From Chiloscyllium plagiosum (taxonomy: Eukaryota), in contig NC_057716.1 in the NCBI RefSeq assembly GCF_004010195.1, positions 78,735,630 to 78,799,629 on the forward strand: a DNA stretch of 64,000 nucleotides. Direction: 5' to 3'. This document shows, piece after piece, positions 38,291-51,500 of this stretch. Under the pieces are notes generated by a model. The model did not search any database. It saw only the letters and a program-made list of their open reading frames with translations, and was not told the DNA's origin. Each line of letters begins with the position of its first letter. Positions within the stretch are counted from its first letter, which is position 1. Made by a program: the position numbers and the translations under genes.

Positions 38291-39547
38291 CTCAAAGTGG
38301 CTTTATGGATCTGAGAGTGAGTATTGGAAAGGAAGTTTGTTACAGATTTCCTTATATAGTGGCATTTTTTTGAAAAATAAATTATGAGTAAAAAATTATA
38401 CTTTCAGACGATCAATTAATTTTTGTTTGCTTTCCCCAATAAACTCTACTTAGCTGAGTCGGAGGTTAGCAGATGGACAGATGTTTGCATATTTCCAGCA
38501 TGAATTAAAGGCCTTTGTTCGGCTTCATTATTTGGAGTTTGAGATTCAATGTTAAAATGAGATTAACTTTGATCTTTTCAATGCAAGTTGATCAACTACT
38601 CTTGTTGCTGGCAGTTAGAAAGCTAGATAGTAGCCTAATTCCTCTGGGTCAATGGAAATGTGATAGAATTTGGGAGATGTGTGTCAGGACCCTATGGATT
38701 CCATGCTCCACAAGCATACACCCATAAAGTTTAAACTTGTGATGGGCTGACTTCTTAGGACCCTAAGCTCAGGCTGTAGACTTGGCGTTGAAGCATTGAA
38801 CTTACCTTCATAACATGATACAGTTTAATAGCTGGTCTGATTTGGTGACAATTTAACAAAACATAACTTTCTAAGACAACCAATTTCTCAATTGCCCTTC
38901 ACGCTGATCAAACATGACTCCTCCTGCTGACTATCCACTTCACCCATTCCACTCACTGATTCACTAATTCATTCACAGACTAATGGATTTGGATATGGCA
39001 TCTATTGTAGTGAAAGGGATGTGTAACCTCCTTTTCTATCTCTTCTTTTATCTAACCATTTTCTCCATGAATAGCTGTTCTGATCCTTTGATGCTTCTGA
39101 GAGATCAGAAGATATGACAAAAAATAAGTAAGATGGTCTGGCTGCATTAATCTTCACAAGTGGTGTCAACATGCACAGTATCAATTTTGACCAGAAGATT
39201 TGGATCGTAATATTTTTTGAACATCTGTTAAAAATATACATTGTATACAATTCTAAATACAAGCTTGTCTGTTTAAGGCCAGAAACAAAATGGTTTTAAG
39301 ACTTTAGTTACTCTTCATGACCCTGGTTTGCTTTCTCTGTCCAAAATGATATTTAATTCATCAGCTAGAAACATGAATTATTCTAAAAACAGACTTTTTA
39401 AAGCAGATTGTAAAGATGTCTTGTGATTGCAGTCAAAGATGGCTACTTTGTATCGCACATTCTAATCTATTGACAATTTCATGGGCAATGCAAAATATCT
39501 GTATCTTCTGTCCCATTAACAAGCATTAAGGTAATCTCCTGAGATGG

Positions 39548-39702
39548 GTAAAAACAATGACTGCAGATGCTGGAAACCAGATTCTGGATTAGAGTGCTGC
39601 TGGAAAAGCACAGCAGTTCAGGCAACATCCGAGGAGCAGGAAAATCGATGTTTCGGGCAAAAGCCCTTCATCAGGAATACAGGCAGAGTGCCTGAAGGGT
39701 GG
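39548..39702 (-). mobile_element. Neptune-type pLTR 3' end with hammerhead motif
   Basis: Minus strand attcctgatgaagggcttttgcccgaaacatcga..gcagtcattgtttttacc; same family as 21062-21911. Confidence 0.85.
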
Positions 39703-39769
39703 TATTCAAGGGTTGGTGATGAATAATTATGATTAATCACCTCAGGTTTTAGTGAAGATCTGTAGCTTG

Positions 39770-40775
39770 GGCTGTGGTTGAAGATGTTTGTCAGTCCGCT
39801 GAGCTGTGTGATTTTCTTGCAAACATCTTGTCTCCCTCCTGGGTTACATCTTATGGGTGACACGGTGGCACAGTGGTTAGCACTGCTGCCTCACAGCGCC
39901 AGAGACTCGGGTTCAACTCCCGTCTCAGGCGACTCTGTGTGTGGAGTTTGCACATTCTCCCCGTGTCTGCGTGGGTTTCCTCCGGGTGCTCCGGTTTCCT
40001 CCCACAATCCAAAAAAAAAAGTGCAGGTTAAGTGAATTGGCCATGCTAAATTGCCCGTAGTGTTAGGTGAAGGGGTAAATGTAGGGGAATGGGTCTGGGT
40101 GGGTTGCGCTTCGGCGGGTCGGTGTGGACTTGTTGGGCTGAAGAACTGTAAGAAATCTAATCTACACTCAGAGATAGCTGTTCTCTATATTATCTTCAGG
40201 GTTGTGTAACCTCCGGGTGAAGCGCTGTCGTTGTGATTTGTCTCGATTGTATACAGTTGTGGCGGGTGGTTCTTCTTCCTGTTTGGAATTTAACGGCCTG
40301 CAGATGGTGTCAATTTCAAAGTGTTTGTTTATGCAACCAGCAATTGCGAAAAACATTAGATCGGACAAATAGGCAGGAAACTCACCATTAGAATGCACGA
40401 GCATCAGCTTGCAACAAAATGACATGACTAATCCTCCCTCATATCAATACACATTGACAATGAAGGACACCCCAATTCAACTGGGACGTTATGATATTGG
40501 GACAGGCTAAACAATGACAAGCTCTGGAATTCCTGGTATTCATCCACTTATTCCATATACAAGCACATTGACATAGGCCCCATCTACTGATGACCACAGT
40601 ACAAAACAGGAGGTAGGACCACCCACCACAACAAACAGAACAGTATAAACTCAAGACAGATCACAATGAGAGTGCTTCGTCCGGAGGCTACACGGCATTG
40701 AAGATGCCACCCAGAAGGGAAACAAAATGTTTGCAAGAAAATCAACCAGCTCAGCGAACCGACCAACAACGTCAT
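39770..40775. mobile_element. Older Penelope-like element with inverted arm (minus ~39770-40345, plus ~40350-40775), interrupted by HE1
   Basis: Plus part IGQIGRKLTIRMHEHQLA; termini ..gctgagctg..ttttcttgcaaacat / atgtttgcaagaaaa..cagctcagc are inverted. Confidence 0.85.
39855..40163 (+). mobile_element. HE1 V-SINE inserted in the PLE terminus
   Basis: Full head/body/tail; atctt flanks at 39848-39852 and 40192-40196. Confidence 0.93.
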
Positions 40776-41417
40776 TAGTCACTTCAACTTAAGCTCAATC
40801 CAGGATGCTAATCACCCAATCACGCCACTTTTCAAATACATCGGCAACAACCTTATTTGGGTCGTCAGCTAAGTTGAAATTTGTCAGTCACATGAAAAGG
40901 TATCCTTTAGTTGGTTTTCAGCACCTGTGTTCTCAGTAGATCTGAGAACAAGCCGCTCACTTGCTGAGAGAAAAGACCCATGCTCCTCCTATACCCTTCT
41001 CTCTCCAAATCACTGGCCAACATTCAGCTCTGTTTGGCACACTTTAGCCATCTGGTACAATTTTGTTGTAGATAGACATTCCTTAGGAGAAACCGACAAG
41101 CAGTACATTTCTAAAAAAAATAGCCAGTGCAATCATTTGCACTTTTAAATTACAAGCATCAGGATTATCAGGTTCAGCCTCAAGTCAACCTAGTCACCAA
41201 CACTGTACATTATTTTGAACTTTTCTGGCTCTAACTTTGCCACCCATCCTTCCTCACATTGTGATCTGCATTTGTGTTTGAGAAAGTCATACCATTCTTT
41301 ATGATTTCAAATGCAATAAGGCTAACCGACATATACCAACAAAACTGCTTAATTCCTTTATGATCAGAGTTTGTAAAGAATGAAATACTCTCCAAATCGG
41401 CAAGCATATTATCTCAC

Positions 41418-41735
41418 AGCATGGTGGCTCAGTGGTCAGCACTGCTGCCTCACAGCACCGGGGACCCAGGTTCGATTCCAGCCTTGAGTGGAAGTGTGGA
41501 GTTTGCATATTCTCCCCATGTCTGCGTGGGCTTCCTCTGACAATCCAAAGATGTGCAGGTTAGGTAAATTGGCCATGCCAAATTGCCTGTGGCATTCAGG
41601 GGTGTGTATGTTTGGTGCATTAGTCAGGGGTAAATATAGGATAATAACATTGGGGAATGAGTCTGGGTGGGTTACGCTTCGGACCTGTTCAGTTGAAGGA
41701 CCTGTTTCCACACTGGAGGGATTCTCTGATTCTAT
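41418..41735 (+). mobile_element. HE1-type V-SINE
   Basis: ggtggctcagtggtcagcactgctgcctcacagc..ggttcgattcc..gaaggacctgtttccacactg. Confidence 0.88.
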
Positions 41736-42152
41736 GAAAATGTACAAAAAAAACCTGCAGCGAATAAATGGAGAAGGAAAAGAAGGGTATCATGCGACCC
41801 TCTTGACTTGTGTGCAACACTCCTTCAGAAATGTTAGTCAGCAAGCTCAGAGAGCAATTCCACTTGTCTGCAAATAATAGTCTGAATTTCCACATGGAAA
41901 TGTGTCAAAGCTACAACATGGAATCAGGACACATGATCAACCAATCAACACTGGTATTCACCCACTGTGTGAACAATTTAAATGAATGATCGTAAGCCAT
42001 TCTGTTCCTACATGTAATAAATTATGTTTTGTTTCCACCTGGACAGAGTCTGAAAGGAGTCTGAATGACTTGGGATATGGCAATATTTGTGGCAGATTTA
42101 GCAAGAAGGCCAATGAGTCCAATCTCAACATGGGGAGTACCATGCTGCATCT

Positions 42153-42330
42153 TTGAATTGAATTGAATTGAATTTATTGTCATGTGTACCAAGGCACAGT
42201 GAAAAGCTTTGTCTTGTGAGTAATACAGGCAAATCACAGAGTTAAGTAGCATAGATAATAAATAATAAGTAAACAGCAGCAAAAACACAAACACAGGTAC
42301 AGTCGAATGTTCAGAGTTTGCAAGTCCAGC
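42153..42330 (-). mobile_element. 3' end of another non-LTR retroelement (Rex1/Babar- or L2-like, clade uncertain)
   Basis: (ttgaa)n tail followed by tttattgtcatgtgtacc..cagtgaaaagctttgt, i.e. antisense aataaa plus microsatellite tail. Confidence 0.55.
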
Positions 42331-43611
42331 GTAATCTGGCAATTCTTTTTTCGAGGCAGCAGCAAACTGGCAATTAAGGGGAATTATTGCTTGTTAAATT
42401 TCATGTTGCTGCCTTTAATTGTCTTATTATTATCCATCTTCCTATCTTACCAAATGCGACAAACAAGCTTGACATTGAGAAAACTTGACAATGAAAGTTC
42501 AGAACGGATGCCTGGCAACAATCATCTTGTTGTGATAGCTGTACACACGTATACACAGACACACACAGACATAGTCTTTAAGAGTCCTCATGGCATGTCT
42601 TCATTCCACTTACAGGACTGTACTGCAGTTAGCACACTGTAAACCCAGGGACTGGATCAGGTTGCATCACTGTCATGGTGCTTTACTTACTCAGAGACTA
42701 CATGGACACTCACAGCATCACTGTTTTATTTTTGGACCTTGCCCTTTCAGTATAATACTTCTGTTTTGCCTCATTGTTTAGCATAGACACAAAGGCAGAA
42801 GCTTATCATGGCTACCAGCAGTCTTCAGTCAAATCAAGGAGGATAGATATGTCAGGGGAAACCAGCAGAGTATCAAGGGCAGTCTCCAAGCTAGTCCTGG
42901 AGCTTGTATGCAGTCAGTCAGCCAGTCAGCCAATCAGGCCAGTCAGAGTTAGAATCCTGTACTCAGAAAGGGTGAGAAGCTGAATGCAATCCATCTATCT
43001 TGGCTTTTGCTGCCCTATTGGGGGCTGTTCTTTCTCTTGGAATGGGAGAGGAGCAGGCATTAAGGCATTAACACGGTTAATATATTGGTGTAGGTTGCGA
43101 ATGTGTCCCAAACAAGTCTGTAGGTACAGCAGTGAACATACAGGGTTAATGGTGTCGAGGGTTGGATCGGGTGATAGCAAGCAATGGAAGATGTTGTAGG
43201 CAGCAAGGTTGGTGGCACATAAACCTTGGTGGGAAGTGAATACCGCAGCAGCAACTGAGTGAGTGAGTGAGGTATCGGAGTGAAGGTAATGGTGCTTACA
43301 CATGGAGAGTTGGAAAGTAAGTGATCTTCTTCTTACAGTGCTGGACGTTCCTCCAGACAGCCCAGACAGCTTTAACCTGGTGGAAACCTTGGACCAGACT
43401 GGCATGGTGTGGTGTCACACTGCTGGAACCTGGGGAAAGAAGACATCCTGCACGACACCAACCTGTCCAGCAGCACCTCTAGGTCAACACCCACAAAGCG
43501 AGGTGGCAACTTCCCATTTCTTCTGTGTCTCAGGCAAATGTCAAGAATGATGTATGGCAGCTCCAGACTGACAGTGCTTGTCCAAGTGCAAAACAGGCTT
43601 TTAAAAATTGT

Positions 43612-43800
43612 AGCTGAAAATGTGTTGCTGGAAAAGCGCAGCAGGTCAGGCAGCATCCAAGAAGCAGGAGAATCGACGTTTCGGGCATGAGCTCCCAAAA
43701 CGTTGATTCTCCTGCTCCTTGGATGCTGCCTGACCTGCTGCACTTTTCCAACAACACATTTCCAGCTCTGATCTCCAGCATCTGCAGTCCTCACTTTCTC
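43612..43800. mobile_element. PLE-derived fold-back element, 14-bp TSD
   Basis: Inverted arms meet at cgtttcgggcatgagctc|ccaaaacgttg (HHR stem II); TSD cttttaaaaattgt at 43598-43611 and 43801-43814. Confidence 0.88.
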
Positions 43801-44033
43801 CTTTTAAAAATTGTCAGAACACAAGGAATGCTGGTTAATTCTGTCATAACCTGGCTGTGGCAAGTAGCTTTAGGAATAGTGTTTGGTAAAATGGGTCTGG
43901 AATCGGTCAATAGGAATGCCATAGGTGCTAGTAGGTGGTTAATGAGGTTAGTTGGTAAGATGAAGAGAGAAAACTCACTACTCCTTGTGTCAAAAACTCT
44001 CCAATAAATAAGAGGTAACCCCTTGAGATCAGA

Positions 44034-44165
44034 TCTGAAGAAGGGTCAATGGACCCAAAACGTTAACTGTGCTTTCTACCACAGATGCTACCAGAACTGG
44101 TGAGTTTTTTGAGCAATTTTTGTTTTTCTTTCTGATTTCCAAAAAATGCAGAGTTTTTTTTTGTT
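44034..44165 (+). mobile_element. PLE terminus fragment starting at a hammerhead motif
   Basis: tctgaagaagggtcaatggacccaaaacgtt (stem II gggtc/gaccc); same family as 55428-55550. Confidence 0.7.
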
Positions 44166-44494
44166 TAGTAAGATTCAACCCCTGGTCTTTAATGTCTACA
44201 TGGTTTCTGCTACAACCTTGAAGTGAATTCTACAGACTGACAACTCATCATGAAATAGTTACCACTGCTGTTTTAAATTTTCAGGTAGGTTTTTTACACC
44301 TGAACCTTTACTGACAGCTCAAAACATCTCTTTATATCTGTGTTGTTTTTAAATTTTAAAACAATGGTGCAAAGCCTTTTTGGGAAACAATGAAAAGTTT
44401 ATTCAGAAAGAACATTTTAAAAATTGCTCACAGTAAAATAGTTTGTAACATTTTAATTGAAGAAATTGCTTTCAAATTAACTTGAAAGTTGTCA

Positions 44495-45125
44495 AGAGTG
44501 GTCAAGAAGGCTTGTCTTCATTGGACAGGGTATTGAGTATAAGAGCTGGCAGGTCATGTTAAAATTATACAAGACATTGGTTCGGCCGCATTTAGAATAC
44601 TGTGTGCAGTTCTGGGCGCCACATTACCAAAAGGAATGTAGACGCTTTGGAGAGGGTGCAGAGAAGGTTTACGAGGATGTTGCCTGGTATGGAAGGTGCT
44701 AGCTATGAAGAAAGGTTGAGTAGGTTAGGTTTGCTTTCATTAGAAAAAAGGAAATTGAGTGGGACCTGATTGAGGTTTACAAAATCATGAAGGGTGGATA
44801 GAGACAAGCTTTTTCCCAGGGTGAAGGATTCAAATGAGAAGTCACAGTTTCAAGGTGAGAGGTGGAAATTTTAAGGGGGATACACATGGCAAGTACTTCA
44901 CACAGAGAGTGGTGGGCGTCTGGAACGCATTGCCAGCAGAGGTGGTAGAGGCAGGCATGGTAGATTCATTTAAGATGTGTCTGGACAGATGCATGAGTAA
45001 GTAGGGAACAGAGGGATACAGATGCTTAGGGATTGGGTGACAAGTTTAGACAGAACATTTGGATTGGCTCACGCTTGAAGGGCCGAAGGGCCTGTTCCTG
45101 GGCTGTAAAGTTTCTTTGTTCTTTG
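44495..45125 (+). mobile_element. CR1 LINE 3' part
   Basis: YKTLVRPHLEYCVQFWAP, FTRMLPG, YFTQRVVGVWNALP; tail ggccgaagggcctgttcc..(ttctttg)n. Confidence 0.92.
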
Positions 45126-45232
45126 AACTTGAACCTTTACTGTGACTAGCTGAGGCAGCTGAAAAGAGACAAACTAGTTCACCTCTTCTCAGCTGGGCTT
45201 TGCACACCTTTCATTATTTCAGGCTACATAAA

Positions 45233-45545
45233 ATGGCCTAGTGGTATTATCACTAGTCTATTAAGCCAGAGACTCAGTTAATGCTTTGCGGCCTGGGTTT
45301 GAATGCTTTCAGGAATTCAATAAACAAATCTGTAATTACATAATGACCATGAAACCATTGTTAATTGTCAGGAAAAAATTCATCTGCTTCACTAATTTCC
45401 TTTAAGGGAGGAAAGTGCCATCCAAACCTGATCTGGCTTACATGTGATTCCAGATCCACAGCAATGTGCTTGACTCTCAACTACTCTCTGGTCTATTAGT
45501 GATGGGCAGTGAATGCTGGCTGCATATCCTTTGAATTAATTTTAA
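45233..45545 (+). mobile_element. tRNA-derived SINE family B
   Basis: tggcctagtggta..gggtttgaat head; gtgattccagatccacagcaatgtg body; LINE-like tail gatgggcagtgaatgctgg. Confidence 0.72.
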
Positions 45546-45548
45546 GGA

Positions 45549-45850
45549 TGGCACAGGGTTTGATTCCAACCGCAGATGTTGGAGTTTACACATTTTCCCT
45601 GTGTGTGCATGGGTTTCTGCCAGTACTCCGGTTTCTTCCCACAGTCCAAAGATGAGCAGGTAAATGTGGATTGGCCGCAGTAAAATTGCCCTGTACTGTC
45701 CAGGAAAGTGCTAAGTCAATTACCCATGGTAAATGTAGGGTGACAGAGATATGTGAGGGGATGGGTTGGGTGAGATGCACTTTGGAGGGTTGGTGAAGAC
45801 TCAATGGGCTGAATGGCTTCTTTCCAACTGGAGGGACTCTATGATTCTAA
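45549..45850 (+). mobile_element. Diverged HE1-related V-SINE
   Basis: ggagtttacacattttccctgtgtgtgcatgggtttc..cccacagtccaaagatg. Confidence 0.8.
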
Positions 45851-46607
45851 CTTTAAAAATGTTTTCTCATCTTTTTCTTTAAGTCCAGTCACTTGTCCTT
45901 ACCAAGTTATTTACAACTTTGTGATTTTTTTTGAGCCTTTCAATTTGATTTTAAGGTCATTGAGCAGACAAACATGAAACGCTGGCACAATGTTTGGATT
46001 GCATGTGCTTTTGTATTTACTTCTTGAATAAATATATTTATATTGTTCCTGCTTATCACTGGAGTCATTAAATCATTTTGATTTAAATATTCATTTTGAT
46101 TTTATGGTTTTCTAAAAAGATTGCCATTATAACAGTGTTTTAATGCACAAAATCAGTTTGTACGTTCAATGAAAAATGTCTAATGGAGTTTGGCTCACAT
46201 CAATCATTTGTTAAAAATCCTGCGGGGTGAAACATTAGCAGGGGCTCAAAGTTTATCACCTAATTAAATGTCTTGCTCTACAGATAAAGATAATTAATGT
46301 CTGAATCTTATTATCTCAAGCTCATTTTTGAATAGTTCCTGATAGTTATCATTATTATGCAATTGAGGATTCTCAGTTGAAAAAAATTGAACTTTCACTG
46401 TTCCTTATTCACTTCTTCTCCAGCATTCTGGAATCATGTTGATTTTGTCTGTTTGGTCTCAAAGTGTAAGTAGAACAGAATAACACCAGAAATATATTGT
46501 TAAAAATAATCAGTGTGGTAATACTCTTTGAGATCGTGGTGAGCAGAAAATCATCAGAGTGCAGCATGAGCTATTTCACCAATTTAGCTTTTTGAATTGC
46601 TGAGAAG

Positions 46608-46926
46608 ATTAGATCAGATTACTTACAGTGTGGAAACAGGCCCTTCGGTCCAACAAGCCCATACCAACCCTCTGAAGAGTAACCCACCCAGACCCATTCC
46701 CCGACATTTTCCCCTTCACCTGACACTACGGGCAATTTAACATGGCCAATTCACCTAACCTGCACATTTTTGGACTGTGGGAGGAAACCAGAGCACCCGG
46801 AGGAAACCCACGCAGACACGGGGAGAATGTGCAAACTCCACACAGACAGTTGCCTGAGGCGGGAATTGAACCCAGGTCTCTGGCGCTGTGAGGCAGCAGT
46901 GCTAACCACTGTGCCACCGTGCCACC
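46608..46926 (-). mobile_element. HE1 V-SINE (left arm of inverted pair)
   Basis: Full-length minus-strand copy. Confidence 0.95.
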
Positions 46927-46935
46927 GGGCTGCCT

Positions 46936-47248
46936 GGCACAGAGGCACAGTGGTTAGCACTGCTGCCTCACAACGCCAGAGACTCGGGTTCAATTCCCAC
47001 GTCAGGCAACCGTCTGTGTGGACTTTGCACATTCTCCCAGTGTCCGCGTGGTTTCCTCCGGGTGCTCTGGTTTCCTCCCACAGTCCAAAAATGTGCAGGT
47101 TAGGTGAATTGGCCATGTTAAATTGCCCGTAGTGTCAGGTGAAGGGGAGAATGTCGGGGAATGGGTCTGGGTGGATTGCTCTTCGGAGGGTCGGTGTGGA
47201 CTTGTTGGGCCGAAGGGCCTGTTTCCACACTGTAAGTAATCTAATCTA
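46936..47248 (+). mobile_element. HE1 V-SINE (right arm of inverted pair)
   Basis: Full-length plus-strand copy about 10 bp from the head of the left copy. Confidence 0.95.
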
Positions 47249-48460
47249 AAAAAAACATAATAATCTATATTCCAAAAAATATTCACAAAGGGAAAAATTT
47301 ATTTGACAACATTCCTAATTCCCAACAATTCACTGCCAGCTCTATCATATTGGGGCAATGCATGGTGTGATGCTGTCAGTTTTGCAGATCATGGGAAATT
47401 AAATATTATCCCTCCACCTCAGAAAATTTCACATTAATCCCAAAATATTGACTGTCACCAGATTACTGGTATTTTGTAGATATTCGGCTCAATGAAAAGT
47501 CCACTCTTGAGCAAGTAGCATTGCAACTGACCTTATAATTCATCTTTCCAACAGAAGTTACTTTGCACCATTCTCGAGCTTGTTTGCAGATCCATGCATT
47601 TGGGAACAAAAATATAATGCGAAGTATTGTTGTCAAAGACACAATAGTTTAGGATTAGATAGATAGCAGTAATAAATAGTATTTTTTCCTAAGAACTACA
47701 AACCTGGATATAACAAATTTAATTATGTGATTAAATGGGATGTGTAATTATTCCAGTAATTAGATTGGAAGGCCAAATTCATTGTAGAACCTTTGTGAAT
47801 GTATGCATCTCCTTATTTCTAAGAGAGATTTAAATTGTAATACGATTTCCAAAATTAATTTACTTCAGTATATTTATGGCATCATAGTGCTCTTTGCTTC
47901 AGTACTATTGGACTAATTGGTCCAGTGAGTAATTCTCTGCAATCAGTATATTTAATTGGTGCAATGGGAGAGAAATGTGTCCTTTTGTTCCGAGATGGTC
48001 TCTGAAGCTTTGGATTGCTTTTAGCAATTTGGTTCAAGTTTTAGCTTTGAAAATCATTGCACTTCATGTTTCTAAAGCACCTTATGTCTCACCAAAAGTT
48101 AAAAAAAACTTATAATTATCCATGGTGCACATTTTCACTCATGCTTTTTTCTTCAAAAGTATCAACAAATCACCTCAGTTATGAATATTTAAGATCAGTT
48201 TAATAATTGAAATATTTACAAAATTTAATGTTGCATGCATACACACTAAGCAAAGTTTTACTCTTGCAATGTAAACAGTAACCCAGTAATTTTAATGGAC
48301 TATTGTCAACATGACAGGAAAGTGAGATCAATTTCTCTGCAACATTTTCCTGAATTTAATAATTGAATTCATGAGATGATCATGTGGTAGACTCTAATTT
48401 TCACAGTGAGGACATGATCATTTCAAAGGAAGTCAACAAGTAGTCCATAAAGATACTTAC

Positions 48461-48501
48461 CTGTGGCTTCTAGTCTAATTTTCTTGGAAATTCTATCCAC
48501 T
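48461..48501 (-). other. Candidate 41-nt exon
   Basis: Minus strand cttgtttttcacAG|agtggat..gccacag|GTAAGT; only one frame is open (VDRISKKIRLEAT). Confidence 0.35.
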
Positions 48502-51500
48502 CTGTGAAAAACAAGTTTAACCTGTGAGAATGGCTTACAGTTAAAGTTTTGAGATGATAGTGCTGCTCTATCCTGCCCTGACACTAACTAAGTGGATGGA
48601 GTGCAGAGGAAAAATATCTGTTCCCATTTTTCACTGAGTAGTGCGGCACTTAAAGTATATGTTTGGCTTTTCTGGTACTTGCTCTTTAAAACCTGAATTC
48701 AATTTATTTACTTAGAGGCAAGCTGAAAGTTTTATGATCAATCCACATTTGTTTACTTTATAGCCTTCGAAAAATACCACTACTATTTTATACTTTGTGT
48801 TAGATGTCATGTTCCAAACTGCATCATCTATCACTACTTTAACAATATAGTTTACTTGAAAGCATTATGAGTTGATGGAATTCAAATTCCCCTTGCATGT
48901 TGTGGATTTCATTCAGTTGATCCTCTCCAGAGCCAATAACAACTACTCCACAATGATGGTTGAGGATTCCCCAATCTCTTTCCTGATCACCTCAAGTAAA
49001 GAGATACTTACAGTCAAACCAACACCCTCCCCTTATTCTGTAACATCACTTTTTATGTTCGTACTTACTTTTCAGATTCATTATTGAGTGATGGGCAACA
49101 CTTCTCTGTTTCACTATCCGTGATTTGTCAGTAATAGTCCTGCCCAAATACTTTCAATTTCCAAGGCAGACAGTAGAAATGCATTGGTTGCTTGAGGTTT
49201 TGTTGCCATCATCCTTTCACAGCAACAAATCTTCATGAACCACTCACTACATGTCATCTGAAGGTGTGCAGAAAGAAAGCCTGCCTCACTTCCTAAAACA
49301 ATTGAGTGCTCCCAAAAGATTTTAATTCGGATTGCCCCTGTAATGATGATGATATACTTGTGACTGAATTTTAATCCTATCTTCCTGTTTTTGCAAATAA
49401 AAGAGCTCTTCCAATAATGTGCAAGATTTTCCTGTATTAATCAAAACATTAGGATGTCTCAGCCATTAGCTGTTCCCAAGATGCAATCACTTTTGCTCCA
49501 CTCTAACCACATTTCAGCCCTGAGGGTAGAAAATAAGGCCTTATTGAGGATTATATGTTCATTTTTTAATATAAATTGGACAGACTTTATTGAAGATTGA
49601 TGATCTTCTCTCAATATATGTATCATACTTTGCATGTTATCCTCATTAATTATGGTAATGGTATCCATTTTGTGGAAGTACATTGATCTTATCCAATCTT
49701 TATATTATAATTACATGGACATCCTGTCTAATTCGGATACTTCCGATAACTTCCATTCTATCTCTGACATCAGATTTTTAAACAAATAATATTAAAGTTT
49801 TTGGGCAGAACATATTGGAATACTAATATTAGACTACTGTCCTGGTGTTATCTGCTTCCACTATTAGACTCATCGCTAAATGTTTGACTCTAAATTCAGA
49901 TAAATTATTTGAATGTTGTAAATGTCCTCATATTTTAAGTGATGAACAGTGACAGCGAACTGATAAGGTTTGCAAATTACATTTTGTCACAGTGCAGTGA
50001 ATAAAATTCCATCTTAACTTATCAGTTTGAGTAGCTTTTTGTAATACATTTGTTCATCCATTGATGGATTGCCTCAAATTTGTTTGAATGTGCGCTTCTA
50101 CTCAAATCAAATTGTAAAAATGGTAAAACTATAGTGTTGAGACAACTCAGCGAGGATTGATGTTTTATACCATGATGGGCACCTCTAATTAAAATATTCA
50201 ACAGTCTCAAATTGATTGTAGCAGTTGTAACTTTCAGTTTCATATTAATCTAAAACTGAATACACGCCTACCAAAATGGGTCTATATTATTTAACAGAGC
50301 TCACCAATGCAACTTGAGAAATCCAACAAAGAACGCACTTTGTAGTTCAAAGCAAAACTCTCAATCACGGGTGCTTTAATTCTGGCACAGAATTAAGTAC
50401 TTACTTTTTTTTAAATCACGTTAAAATATTGACAATGTGGCAATCTTTGATTTCTTTATAAGTACGTACCAAGGGAGAATCATTTATTATTTATTTCTTG
50501 GAAAAGTTTATTACTGCCCTTTTTTTCAGACACAGTGGATGACTGCAAAATACTAAAAACCTAAACTGGAAGACCAAACAGAAACTTGCCCTCACATGTG
50601 ATTGTTATAGTCTGGGCAGATTGCCATTTGTCCAATTACATACCAAATTTCTGGGTGGAAAGTGGATGCAAGAATGTTGAATCACCCCCTTGATACCTTG
50701 CACTCTCCTGTGGAGCAAACTCTATACACGAGTCATCACATTGTTCGAGTCCTGTTAGCTGAATAGAGACTCTGTCACATGACGCCATCCATGTTCTGCC
50801 TTCAAGTTGATCTTATTGGTTCTTGCAAATCAGGGCACATTTATAAAAATAAAATTGCCTCAAGTCATCAAATAACTATATTAAAGATGTATCCTCGCTA
50901 TTTCCATAATTGCATTGCAGAGTGAGCAATATTATTAAACTAGTGGAATGTGTTATTAAAACTGTACAGCTGAGTAGAAGCTGCTCTAAATATCATGGCA
51001 ATAATGAAATTTATGAATAATGTAGGGCTTGACATCAGAGCTTCAGTGCATTGTGCAAATTTCAGGCTTTCTCTTAATGCATTTGATAGTGAGTACTTGG
51101 AGGGATTATTAACAAGGCAGACTGTCTCTAAATGTCTAAAGACTTTGACAGTTTCAGATCTTTTAAAATGCTCAATCTTTTCCTGTGGTTTAAAACCATT
51201 TTAAAAGTAAATTACGGCAGATAGTATGCAGAATTATTTTGCCCTTAAATAAGTATGAAGCATATTTATATGCTACTAGGATGAGAAGTCTAATGTAGAG
51301 CATGACTGAAAGTAAACAATAAATAAAATCATATATGATCATTGAAAAAACAATATTGTACTGAACTATTTTCATCAATGATTTTGAGCTACCAAAAAAC
51401 TGAAATACAGAGTGTGTCAATAGAATAAAGGACGCAGTACAAGATAAAAATATATTCACTTAATAACTTACAAAGGAAGGTTGACATTCCATAGTTACAT

